A DNA stretch of 63,164 bases, counting the filler, from Choristocarpus tenellus KU-1152 (lineage: Eukaryota; Protista; Phaeophyceae): the NCBI GenBank assembly GCA_964200185.2. It is 13 parts of 13 records of this genome, joined end to end, with 100 filler letters (N's around TTAATTAATTAA, not from the genome) between each part and the next. Parts side by side here need not be neighbours in the genome. Positions count along the whole stretch, not along the records: positions 10,613 to 15,717 come from CAXNAD020011856.1; positions 15,818 to 19,229 come from CAXNAD020020220.1; positions 19,330 to 28,770 come from CAXNAD020003674.1; 10 more parts are not named here. One strand, 5' to 3'. Below the pieces are notes generated by a model. The model was not told the origin of the DNA and did no database searches. It saw only the letters and a program-made list of their open reading frames with translations. Shown piece by piece: positions 13,901 through 25,519 of this stretch. Within the stretch, counting starts at the first letter, position 1. Each line of letters opens with the position of its first letter. The position numbers and the translations under genes are program-made.

Positions 13901-15380
13901 GCTTGTTCCTACAGACACATATAGATTAGACAAACATAGATAACATACATGGACAGATTGGAAGTGCTGAAGGAGAAATGCTGATTGAAAAGGTTTGTTA
14001 GTAAGGACCAGACAGCATAGAGTATGCTGTGTATGGGGGCAGGTAGAAGGGACGAAGATGGTGAGGATCTTCATTGAAACGTTTAGCCAACACATTGACA
14101 GGACGATAAAATAATGAATAAATTGGTACTTCACAATTTACCAAAACTTCAACAACAGATTTGTTTGTCTTGTTATCCTGCTAACCGCCGTTTTTTTCAG
14201 CATGGTAGCTGCGATATTGATATTGACTGGCCAATTCTCCATCAGAGTTTCACCTCAGGCTCAAAGTATCTGGGGGGGGGTGGCGGATGTCCATTTGGGG
14301 CCAGTTTTTTCATGTCGCGATTTTTGGGTGATTTTGTTCCATACGTTGGATGGATAATGAAAGTGCACTTTTCCTGATTTTGGTCCTAATGGACACTCTG
14401 GTGTAGACCCCCCTCCTCCCCAGATACTTTGGGTCCTCAATATATACTTGAAAATTGATTCCCAACAAAACAAACGAAGAGAGCTCTAGGGACAGTTATT
14501 AGTACAGGGACAACTGAAGGAAGCAACGGATAAAAAGGGGGGTCCACAATAGGGGTGTGGGATTGGAAGAGCTAGATTGAAGGATTGTGTGGGGTATGAG
14601 TCGGATGCAACGCAGAAACAGTGGTGGCAAGGGAGGGAGAGGATTGGTGCTTGTTCTAAGAAAGTGGAATGCAATGTCCGTGTGCAGTCAAATTTCTGCT
14701 GCAGGGCTTTACAGAGTGAGTTTTTTGCTAGGGAGAAAGAGTCTTCAGACTAGATGAGGGACTGTAGAACAGACTGGGGAATGAGATATGTATTGATCCT
14801 ACAGTGATGGATTTACTTTAGTATTTTGGACTCATCGTATTGATCACACACAACAAAAGGGTTGATCCACCTGCATCCTTTGTGATACACATGTTGTTAA
14901 TATTCTATTCCAACTCTGAAATTCAGGGGGAAGCAAGTCGGGTCTAAGATCTCGGTGGATCCCTCAATTGATAAGGGATGGAACCCGTCCAACAATGATG
15001 ATCACAGCACTTTGGATGATATACCAATGGATTATTTTGATAATAATACTAAAGTACTTGTATTCAAGTAACTTTTCTCGTATATTCTGCCACAAATAAT
15101 GCTAATGGTGAAACGTTTCTTGCAGGCCAAACTCCCATTGTGTCTCTGGTCCTTATCCCTTCCCCACCTCTTCTTCCAGAGCACTAGGCTCCCCCTCTGT
15201 TGGTCCCTTTGCCCCCAATGCTGCTGGAAGTCGCCCAATGACGCCTTCCACATCCTTCACCATGTGAAGTGCCTCTCTCCATGCCACTTCCATTCCTGTA
15301 CCCACTGCCGCCTCAGACTTTTCACCGACCTTTGATCTAGCTGCTTGTTTCCCCCCACAGTCTCCAGGTATGAAAGAGTC
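10914..15380 (-). CDS. CFAP44: Cilia- and flagella-associated protein 44 (WDR52), C-terminal coiled-coil exons (~15380-15168, 13908-13738, 12063-11920, 11030-10914)
   Basis: Phase-0 splicing gives PSALEEE|EQAARHMLLRHERRALLEKTAENVLAFDEAVYDLRRERMLTATNLKAAELKLLVLKQ|ELDLLHQFDAKD...KQAEAE|IWQEKEEEVMTKF...LLKIFRKKIKRPK, which matches my recollection of the CFAP44 tail (FD..LR.E..LK..L.QEL.LL.F; KIFKKKIKR). The 5' boundary of the first exon is uncertain. Confidence 0.8.
11418..11588 (-). mobile_element. MITE family A, partial copy in a CFAP44 intron
   Basis: Ends ACCCTCTAAGATGCTTTCACTC; the other end is missing. Confidence 0.85.
12209..12466 (+). mobile_element. MITE family A, full intronic copy
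   Basis: Both TIRs present; 4-bp TSD TGGT (12205-12208 and 12467-12470). Confidence 0.95.
12841..13100 (-). mobile_element. MITE family A, full intronic copy
   Basis: Both TIRs present; TSD ATCA (12837-12840 and 13101-13104). Confidence 0.93.
13229..13487 (+). mobile_element. MITE family A, full intronic copy
   Basis: Both TIRs present; TSD ACAT (13225-13228 and 13488-13491). Confidence 0.95.
14258..14435 (+). mobile_element. MITE family B, full intronic copy
   Basis: GGCTCAAAGTATCTGGGG...CCCCAGATACTTTGGGTC; TSD CTCA (14254-14257 and 14436-14439). Confidence 0.95.
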
Positions 15381-15573
15381 TACTCTTGAGGGAACAGTTT
15401 ATTTACCATGAGGAGGTGTAAGAGATGGTGTGTGGCAATCCTGATATTGCTTGTGTACAGTATTGCAACTTCTCATATTCCCATTAGGCAGTCAAATTGT
15501 TGCAAGATATAGTCTGTTGATATTCACAAAGCAGTAAAATGCTTCTGTGATATAAGGCATTAGCAAATGACAT

Positions 15574-15717
15574 GGGTCAAAGTATCTTGGGGGGGGGGGG
15601 GTATCGGCGTCCGTTTTTCACCCTTTTTTCGATTTTCCCTTTTTTTGTGTGATTTGGTCGCACATGTCGGATTTTAAAATTAAGCAAAAAAAAGGGTTGT
15701 TTGGTCGAAACGGACGC
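15574..15717 (+). mobile_element. MITE family C (GGGTCAAAGTATC terminus), cut by the contig end
   Basis: Shares the TIR core and GTCC box with families A and B; the same terminus occurs at 19210-19229 and, reversed, at 19405-19417. Confidence 0.65.
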
Positions 15718-16859
15718 NNNNNNNNNNNNNNNNNNNNNNNNNNNNNNNNNNNNNNNNNNNNTTAATTAATTAANNNNNNNNNNNNNNNNNNNNNNNNNNN
15801 NNNNNNNNNNNNNNNNNCTCAACCACTAATCGATTGTTTCGTTACTCTGTAACTGTCCGCGTAACTGTCCGATAGAGTTGGAAGAGTCTAATCGAACATT
15901 ACCCTGTGTGTTGCAGCTGGATCCCGCAGCGCAGACCATCGTTATACCTGTACAATACAGTCGCCTAAACTTGATGTGATATACTGCATGTACTGTACTG
16001 TGCAGTACTGAGAGACAAAACACTGGTATGCTGTGTACTGCTGGTCTCGACCACCTTTGTCCCTTACTTTGTTATATCTTGTTTTTTCAACTTTAAATAT
16101 AGCTTCTTGGTGCTCTTTGGTCAACTCCTCATTCAAGTAGTAAAAAAAATGCGAGTTTGCTCGATATATGAGAGAATTGCCAGGAAAACGTCGAAACCTT
16201 TCTTACTTACAGCGTGAAAAGTCGTCAAAATGCAATTTACCCTCTCTTATATCTCGTTTTCTCTTATATCGTCCTCTTTTATATGCACAAAATAATATAA
16301 TATATTGTATTATAATGAGGAAAAACTAGTGAAAACTACTCACATGTCTGAAATATTCCTAAATAACAGTTGTCGTAAAAGTGAAAAATGTTTTGTCTGT
16401 TTCCTATTTTACTACTAATGTCTACGTGTTGTACTCCTACCTTCGTCTGTCTCTAACCTATTCCTGCACCCTAGGGTGAGGAGCTAGGGAAGCATCTCAC
16501 GAATCTAGTAAGCCACTCCTTGCCAATCTCCCTGGTGACTCCAGCTTTAAACGCATGACCCATCTGGATAGGGTTACTTGCATTGCGACGTTAGGTGGGA
16601 TTTGATGGCACCTTTTCTGTTGTAGCCTCCATCTCCCCCCTGCAACTTGTGTACCTAGCTCATCCAGAAAACGTGCCGCTCGCTTGCTGAGGTGCCCAAA
16701 AATTTCCACCGTGAAGGTGTTGAGGTTATAATTACGAGGGTCAAAAGAGCCCTCGTAGTGGGTGCGCTTTCGCGCCTCAGCTGCAGCAGCAGCTACACAA
16801 TTGCTGAAGGATGAGTGGGAAAGGTGTGAGGTTGCCTGCACTTCTCCAAACGTAACATT

Positions 16860-17100
16860 GAGTGAAAGTATCTTAGAGGTACGAGTTTTGCCCTGTTTGT
16901 CCATTTGGGGCTTGGCTTCCCATGGGGTTTTTGTGATATTTTTCCTACTCCGAAATGTTTCGGAGTAGGTAATATATGTATGTTATGAAATGGTGTGTCC
17001 GGAACAAGGATACTGACACTTCCTAACAAATATGGAAATCGCAACATTGGATTTCGGCCCCCGAATGGACGCGGCCCTACCCTCTAAGATACTTTGACTC
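16860..17100 (+). mobile_element. MITE family A inserted in the CRE endonuclease
   Basis: Both TIRs present; it splits GLLLN|VTF. TSD is CATT/(C)ATT with one base overlapping the terminus. Confidence 0.92.
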
Positions 17101-17475
17101 ATTGAGTAGAAGGCCATTGTCCCAGTGCGGGGCTGATCCTGTGTCTGCAGGTGCCCCTGCATGGAAGACTAGATCCATGCGGAAATTCCTGTCAACTGTG
17201 ACTGGACTACCATCCTCCGTAGTGCAGGGGATGCCTATTCCCTTGTATAGGTGGTTGAGGCGTTCCACCATAAGGGTGTGTTGTGGCACCTGGCCTCCTG
17301 CCCTGGGGCAGATACGAGGATGTCTGATGTCGACATTTTACCTCCTGCACCTAGTTGCTGGGCACCTGTTTGACAGGGCTTCCTCCCTCCCTAGGGATCT
17401 GCTGGCTGTGAGTTTCAACTCTGCAGGGGGAATCTGGCATGCCGGCTCCAGGGGTTGTGTTGAGTCCCATGCATT

Positions 17476-17908
17476 TATTGCAGGCGAATAGCGCGAGCAT
17501 TTCTTCTCGTGTTCTAGCAAGCGCGAGCAGTATACGAGATTTGTAGCAAACAGGGGACCTTACAAAAAAAATGCTGATTTCTTAGAAGTTTCAGGAAAGA
17601 TTTGTAATTTGAGTACATAAACAATGGTTGGCAGATGTCTTTCGATTTGTAGCCTGTAGGATCTGGGTGCACGATGCAATTAAAGAATACTTTGACTATA
17701 CCACTCATCGTATCTCCTGCTCACTCTTGTCATCTCGATTGAACCTTTAAGTAAAGCTTTGAGCTAAGCACTGAGAATCATCGAGAGAAGAGTAGCTGAC
17801 ACCCATACGTCGCTATCAATTGTAGAAATACCCCCTGTATCGTCTTTTGAGGTCGTTGGATTTGAGTTGCACATCCTATGGAGGTGAGTTCTGAAGCGTG
17901 TTGTAACA
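17476..17908. mobile_element. Solo LTR-like insertion (433 bp) in the CRE element
   Basis: Termini TATTGCAGG...TTGTAACA, TSD CATT (17472-17475 and 17909-17912); removal restores the host GACAAGGGGCAAATGCATGG. A homologous copy at 62661 begins with intact TGTTACAGGCGAATAG. Confidence 0.8.
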
Positions 17909-19329
17909 CATTTGCCCCTTGTCCACACTTGCTCCAGTGCATGCTAACACTAATGAGGAGCTTTCCTTCCCCTGTTCCACTTCATTTGGAAGGCTGGCCA
18001 GTTGTGTTCGTAAGGAATCGAAACTAATCCTGTTCAGGAGGTGAGTAATCTCATTTTGGACCCTCCTTGTGATCCTGGCGTCATGGGCTGCCAAAATGTG
18101 GACCTCTGGGCAGAGTGTGAGAGATGTTGTTTCCCCCCAGGTTACCCAGTCTTGGCCAATGATTTCCGCTAGATCTTCTGAGGGGACACCTATAGAGAGG
18201 AGGGTGAGGATGGAAGATCCCAGGGCCCGTACTGTGGGACTCGCACAAGCGACTTTGCGATAAGGACTCGCCATGAGGCCCTTGCTGCCTTGCTAGAAGG
18301 GTGGGGAGAGTGGCTACTATTGATCCTACGAATGCTGCATGGGGGCGGTGTTTCATGGAGGAGAGGCCCAAGCCCCCCACACTTGTGGGTATCTGTGCCT
18401 GTACTTGTTGGTGGGTCTCTAGGCGGAGAGATCCATTGATACACCTCCCCTCAAAAAGTCCATCGCCTCTGTCGTGTCTGCTACTTCCATTGTCTTCTCT
18501 AGTGTCCATAACTAGGTGTTGTCTGCTTGCTCCATGTTGGGGCTTGCCAGGTGGGGGGAGTAACCCTCGCAAGATAGTGTAGGCGGGAGGAGAGGGGCCA
18601 GGAGTTGAGGAGCCAGGCCACCTGTTTGTCCTCCATCTCATTGAGGTGTGTGGAGAACGTTCGTGGCCCAGAGCTCTCGATCACCTCAGTCATGTGGGCT
18701 TGAATAAAGCCATCTGTTCCCACTGGAACCCCAGTGTGACGAACCCATTGGGGTTCTGGGCTAGGTTGATTCCCAGTGTAGAAAGAAGGTCCAGTTCTGA
18801 GGGCGTGAGTTTGGGGAGGTGCGGCAAAGGTCTTGCCCATGTTCACGTTAATAACTACCTCATGGAGGTCAGTGTTTAAGTGCTCGAAAGCAGCTATGAT
18901 ATCAGGGCCGATCTCCCCTACAGAAATGGACGTATCATCCAGATTGCTTTGGGAGGAACCCCCTGGGGTCCAAAGGCAGAATGGACCTGCTGCAGTGCCT
19001 TGTGTGTTGCCATGCAATATGTGAGGGGGCCAAGGGGGTTTCCTTGTTGTGCCCCTGAACTTGATGGAAGGTCCTTAATCCCTCCCTCATCCAGGGGGAA
19101 AAAGAAGATTACGGTTTTCTCCATATACCTCCGAGATGTAAGGCAGGAGTCCCGGTAGAGTCTCTGGGAGAGCCTTGATGGAGGTTGAGCGTCGGACGCT
19201 GTTGAAAGTGGGTCAAAGTATCTGGGGGGNNNNNNNNNNNNNNNNNNNNNNNNNNNNNNNNNNNNNNNNNNNNTTAATTAATTAANNNNNNNNNNNNNNN
19301 NNNNNNNNNNNNNNNNNNNNNNNNNNNNN

Positions 19330-19362
<33 letters not shown>

Positions 19363-19367
19363 AGAAA

Positions 19368-19400
<33 letters not shown>

Positions 19401-19951
19401 ATTTGATACTTTGACCCTATACATACACTTAAATAGAGAGGGAGGGAGGGAGGGAGAGACCTACTGCATCACCAGACTATGGGTTGTGGCACAAAATACA
19501 ATAATAAAAAAAAATGCATCAGCTCGTTACTCGCATCACTGTAATTTTATTGAGTGTGTATAATGTGTATGAAGATGTATTTGTGTGAGAGATCATTGTC
19601 TGCCTACGTAAGGTGTCTGTGGTTTTTTGTTTTTTGTTTTTTTTGGTGTTATTGCGTGGATTGGAACCTGTCAGGGATAGTGTGCTTAGGGAGTGCGTTG
19701 CATTTGCATTTGAATTTGAATTTGAATTGATTGACGCTCGAGTTGTCCTTGAATCTTCTTGTACCTCGATTGTCTCTCCCTCTATCTCTCTCCCTCTATC
19801 TCTCTCTAGCTTTCCCAACAAGACACCTTTTTCACACGCCCAGGTGAGTGTTCGTGGGGTCTTGTTTGTACTGTTTTTTGGCACGCCTAGTGTTTCCTAT
19901 TGAATCAGGCGGACTACACCAGGTGCGTAATCCTAACCTCTAAATCTATGA

Positions 19952-19975
19952 CCCTAACCCTAAAACCCTAACCCT
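19952..19975 (+). repeat. Short interstitial telomere-like (CCCTAA) tract
   Basis: CCCTAACCCTAAAACCCTAACCCT; similar tracts at about 44277-44305 and 56656-56673. Confidence 0.6.
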
Positions 19976-22900
19976 GTAGAAGCACCTCCCTTGTTCACCT
20001 GAGCCGATTTGCCAAGAAAAAGCCCTGGCGAACGATCTATTCCGTTACAACTCTCAGGGTCGTTTGCTCAGGGTCGTGGAGTTCTCACGTACACTCCATA
20101 CTTGGTGTTCTGAACTATGTCTAATTCGCAATGTTAACGGCAAGGCAGGTTTTCTTCTCCATTGGTAGCAGGCGTAGGTAGTGTGTTTTGTCAACCAAAC
20201 TTGTTGAAATTTTTTTTGCTCAAGACCTACCTACCTTTACCGTTATTTTTTTATTTTTTATTTATTTATTTTTATAGAAGAAACTTATGCTTGTCCTCTA
20301 CCCATGTCATTTCGGTCCGCTAAATATGTACAAAATTTGTGCTGGCTCTATTTTGTTGTCATTGTGTACGTACTCGTTGTGCTGGCTCTATTTTTGTTTT
20401 TTGTTTGTCGTGCGTGTGTGCTTGATTTGGTATGGTTTTTGTTTATTTGCAGTAATCTTCTGCACTTTTTCTTTCTTTTTGGGGGGGAAAATTTGGATTC
20501 TGAATGCACAATTACAACTCTAGCGGGCATTTTTTTTCGCCCAATGGTTGAGGACAATTTTGCCATGTGATAATGTTGAGGGCGCTACCACCAGAGCCCT
20601 AGAGCCCACTAGGAAAGTTCAATTTTTTCTTTCCATCTACACGTTGCTGTTCCTCATCCTACGGCGCAGTTCATCACCCTCTACCAGTCTCCCTGTTGTA
20701 GATTAGTGCTCAAGCACTACAAGACGCGTGATCCTCATAGTTGAACTATCCTCCTTTAGGTCTGTTACAGACGAGCAGACTTCTCTTTTTTTTGTGGTTT
20801 GAACTGACCCTTCGCAAAATAAACAAAAAAAAGGAAAAGGACAGCACGTTGGCACAATGGAGTCAAAGTAAACGAGAGGGACCCAGAGTTGAATTTTTAA
20901 GGATGTGGACGAATGTGTTTAAAAGTTGGGGGGGGAGGGGGGGGGGGGTTGTCGCAGATGTGTACAGGATGTTATCCAAATTATGTCGGAATTTTTTGTT
21001 TTCCAACAAATAGAGAAACGAACGCTCTCAGGTCAAACTTTGAACTTTGTGCATAGAAATAATAAAAATATGGTTGAATTGCAAGAGAGACTGAAGAACA
21101 AAGTACGCGATATGCCCCGAAACCTGGGTACCTCCTGTTTACTTTGAGACTCATGGGAAGGGTTTGCAATAGAAGACAACCCACAGTCATAGCGGGTACA
21201 TCACCAGTGGAATTGTCCCGGAAGTCAAAATCAGCCATGAACTACCAGGCTGCTTGCAGGTACACGTGCACACGTACAAGTTTCAATCTAATAACAATCT
21301 AATGACTACTTACACATACTAAGTGGTTGTTTCATTGCTTTTTTCTAGGCCAAATCCTGACCCCAACCTTCAAGCTCCCTCCCCCATCCCCCGACAACGA
21401 GTAGTGGAATGCAAACCATATCTACGAGCTGAATTCCTGGTCAAGCAGTAGTGTTGTGTCACTCCCCAGTGACTCGCCTGATCATGCCATTCTGGTCAAG
21501 CCCAGGAGCGATCAATGCATGTGATTAGCTACAGAGGGAGTATTATTGTTGATAATACTGTACTAAAGCATGCGTTAGAAGTATGTACCTCAAAGCAGTT
21601 TGCAGGATGCCACATATCTATAATGCATCTTACACACATATCTATATTAATGTATATTGTATATTATATATATATACTTCAGAGTACTTCTCCTCGTAGC
21701 AAGCATTAACTTCATTGACACTCTCTTCTTCTCACCCGCGCTGACCTAGCGTCCTCCTTCCTGTGTGCAAAATTTGCCTCTTCCTCTCAGCTCTGGAACC
21801 TATTGATCATGAGATGGAACTTTCCCCAGAACACCGCCTGCGAAATTGTGAAGGAAGGGTGAGAATCTATGCACAACCCTACTTTCCCATACCAGATTGA
21901 CTCCATTTTTTGGAGTACTCTTTCTGCTCACTCTTGCGTTTACTGAATGGTTGGTCCATCAGAAACAGAATTTTTGTCGGTTACCCAGTAGGGTGGTTCT
22001 TATGAACCTGTGCCGCCTGTCATATTGTGTCGTTCTGAGTTTGTTAACTTTGGAGCAGCGAGAGATAGGCAGGACGGCAGTATCAGTTGGCTCAATGTGA
22101 CATTAGACTGTTTCTATTGGTGTAGTAGTAAGCGGGTGTTGCTTTTCATGCCATGTTATTATTTTCTTTTGAACCAAGCTTTATCCCAAACTTTGCTCAA
22201 GTCTTCTGGCCGCTTGACTGCTGTTTGATGGAAGGTTTTTGTACTCTTAATCGAGGCATTACAATGGCAAGGCAAGAAACAACAACCTCTTGATATGTTC
22301 ACTCCATAAAATGAACCCTTAACCCTATCCCTACTCCAAGATGATCGTGTTTTCTACGTACAGTATATTATATGTATATATGTATATATGTATGTACCTT
22401 GAGATGGAGGATGCATTTTGCTCTATTGCTGAATGGTCTTCTTGTCGTGGCTGATGTTGAATTTTTTGTATGGGTATTGTTGTGATGAAAGCTTGACACC
22501 ATTGCAAGCTGCTGCAACATGCCTTGCTTAGGTTTCTTGCTTCTTGACAAGGCCTTTATGGAGTTGATTTCGAGGTATTTTACAGCTCAAATTTTGTGTG
22601 GTGGAACATAGTGGTTATTGCTTTGATGTGTCTGTATGGAGTCGAGATCTCATCCAGACCGACCGGTTCCATATTACCTATTCTTATCTGTGTAAACACG
22701 TGCAGCATCAAACCTGGCCATTGCCCAGTCTAGATTTGCTGTTAGATTTTTCTTTTTTGGCAGAAATTTTGTTATATATTGTGAGGTTACACACTCTGAC
22801 GAGGAAAAAAATCGTACTTATTTGTTGTGAGGTCCTGGAGATATCCGGGTTGGCAGCAAGGAGTTCACCGTGCACCAACTCTCTCTTGATCATGATTAGA

Positions 22901-24195
22901 TTTTTTAAGGGTTGATCGTGAAGTTCTAACCTCGACAACTGCGGAACTTGAATAATTGCTGAACTGCCTTCACCTAAACGATTTGTTTTTGCGATATTTC
23001 CGAGCTCCATAATTTGGGACCGGTTTGAGACATGAAGAGGTACAGAGTAGTTGCGACGATATTTGTTATACTCTCTGTAGCGGAAGGCGTGATTCATGCT
23101 GATGCTTATTCTTACACTGTAGACTGTTGTTGAACATCAGGTGTGGTCTTACCGCCCCCAATGGCAACTCAAGGATCAAGGTCAACGCCGCCATAAGCCG
23201 CCAGGGGATACGTCCACAGGGAATGAAAAGGGAAGGGGGAGGAGGAAGACAAAGAAGTGAAACGATTGAGATTGACCTTAGTCTGTTGAGGTCTGCTTAT
23301 TCGCAGAGCAGAAACTGACAGAGGATCATCACACACAAGAGATCCTGAGATGTTGGGTGGAGTGACGCTGATGTAGGAACCAGTTTCGGTGATGGGGAGG
23401 ATGCACCCACCAATCTTTCCTTAGGCAATGATTCAAGCGTACAGTTTGTAAGATTGATACTGATGATGATAGAAAAGTCTGCCTTACCTGAATCAGTGTC
23501 GCCCTTCAAAATGGTACAGTCTCTAGTCCAGTGTTCTGGGAGGTACTGTGGAGTATGTGGGCGTGGTTTTCAGGGGATTTGATGGACACTTGGGTAGATC
23601 AGCAAGACTATAGTTTTTTTGTTGTGGAAGCAGATGTCTACTATATATTGTTGCACAATAGTTTATGGAGAGGGTAGCAATGTACCTTGGTGTTTTTGAT
23701 ATCCTTTGCTGGAGCACTTTTAAGAGAAAATATTGAATATGTGTAAGACTGCGTGATGTATTGCTTGGATACCAAAGATATTGGAACTTGGTATCACCCC
23801 AATCAAATCAACGAAGGATCTAAAGTAATGAGATTGTGGTTGGTTATTGATAGTACGTAACAACAAGTTAGGTGTATCTACTGACCCTTGGAATCCTAGT
23901 GGAGGAGTCAGGCATCCTTTCGGGACCTTTGTATCTCTGTAGTAATTGACATGTCATGACTGAACATGTAAGATGTGAGGGCATTTCCTTCATCCGGATG
24001 CATCTTCCTTTTCCATCCCCCTGCCTGGACCAAATTAGAAGAAAAATCACCCGCAAAATTGGTATCAAACTGGGGCGTTTTTTACAATACTCCATCAAGC
24101 CACGAATGGACGACCTGGACTAACCCCCCCCCCCACCCTCTAGGATATTATGGGCCACTGTTGAGTCAAACTAATTGAGACGTAGGCACATTTGG

Positions 24196-24372
24196 GGCTC
24201 AAAATGTCTAGGGGGGGTGGCGGCTGTCCATTTGGGGTAAATTTGTTCATGTCGCGATTTTTGTGTGATTTGGTTGCATACGTTGGATGAATAATGTAAG
24301 TGCACTTTTCCTGTTTTGGTCCAAATTGACACCCTGGTGTAGACCGCCCCCGCCCCCTAGATAATTTAGGTC
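24196..24372 (+). mobile_element. MITE family B, full copy
   Basis: Slightly degenerate TIRs with a consensus interior; TSD imperfect. Confidence 0.88.
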
Positions 24373-24631
24373 TGGACTATTTTGCATTCTAAACCATCTT
24401 TCTTACCCTGTGCAATACGCTCCATTTCATTGCTTTATGTGCACAATAGTGTACGCAAAATTGACATTCTCCCTTCCACACACCAAGTGACAACACCATT
24501 CAGCACAGGCTCTTTTCTACAATTGTACAAACCGATGTATTTTTGCCCCTTCTCAGGATGCTTCAAATGCAACCCTGCCTACCTCTCAGTTGGTTTGAAT
24601 CTGCTATTCCTATTGCCTCTGTTGCGATATT

Positions 24632-24805
24632 GGCTTAAAGTATCTAGGGGGGGGTGGTGGCTGTCCATTTGGAGTAAATTTGTTCATGTCGGGATTTTTG
24701 TGTGATTTGGTTGCATACGTCGGATGGATAATGTAAGTGCACTTTTCCTGTTTTGGTCCAAATTGATACGGTGTAGATGGCCCCCGCCCCCCAGATACTT
24801 TAGGC
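24632..24805 (+). mobile_element. MITE family B, full copy
   Basis: GGCTTAAAGTATCT...AGATACTTTAGGC; TSD TATT (24628-24631 and 24806-24809). Confidence 0.93.
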
Positions 24806-25021
24806 TATTTTTTATCCTTCATCACTTTCTATAGAGAAAAAGCAAATCAATCTAGTACCTCCGACCAGCAGCAGCAGCAATAGATTGATCTTTCAAGCAT
24901 GAAAGGTTCTTGAGATTCCATTTGCCCAGTAAACCCACTTCCAATATTGACCATGTACTGCAGTGTAAAATTGACTGCAACAACAATAATATCTTCATCG
25001 ATTCACATCAAATCTGCGAAC

Positions 25022-25233
25022 TACCTAGAACAGCCGATTTCAAAAATTGAGGATGGAGCTTTTCATTGAGGATGGGCTTGACCCAAAATTGACTGNNNNN
25101 NNNNNAAACAACATAGAAAAACCAAATTCAAAAATTAAAAATTAATTTAACCCAAAATTGACTGGGATAAAGTGTCGATATGTTTTTTTTTTATTACTCC
25201 ATCCTCAATCTTTGAAATCGGCTGTTCTAGGTA
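25022..25233. mobile_element. MITE family D with a 37-bp inverted repeat bounded by TA
   Basis: TACCTAGAACAGCCGATTTCAAAAATTGAGGATGGAG and its reverse complement (1 mismatch); related ends at about 51468-51522 and 60629-60682. Contains a 10-N gap. Confidence 0.75.
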
Positions 25234-25519
25234 CGATAGAAGTGTATCAGTATGCTTTTGGAGTATATGCATACATATTTATGTATACACACTCTATCCA
25301 TAAGATTCAGAAAATGCAAATAATATCGTTCGAAACCCAGCAACTTCGGCGTACATACAGATATCTTCAAGATATATTTTTTCATTACGAAATGGCTGAG
25401 AAACTGTCCCCGGAACACAAATGTTTTTTTCGTAAATAATGGCAGATTTAGCAAAAAGAGCAGAATCGCGGAAAAGTCGCTGGAAATAATGGTTAATCGA
25501 CCATAACGTTGCTAGTACA

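Larger units (their letters stand above)
16497..19209 (-). mobile_element. Decayed CRE-clade non-LTR retrotransposon (RT plus restriction-like endonuclease)
   Basis: Motifs in order: TFNSVRR, GAQQGNPLGPLTYC, NLDD, QAQIPTSVGGLGL, DKG.NAW, CPATRC, RMDLVF..LLNVT, AAAAAEARKRTHY, FTVEIFGHLSKRAARFL. Frameshifts and stops are present, plus three younger insertions. Confidence 0.85.

Noticed and set aside
19330-19400. Poly-A followed by poly-C as a retroposon tail
   Set aside because: At a contig edge next to a MITE terminus; likely low-quality homopolymer sequence.
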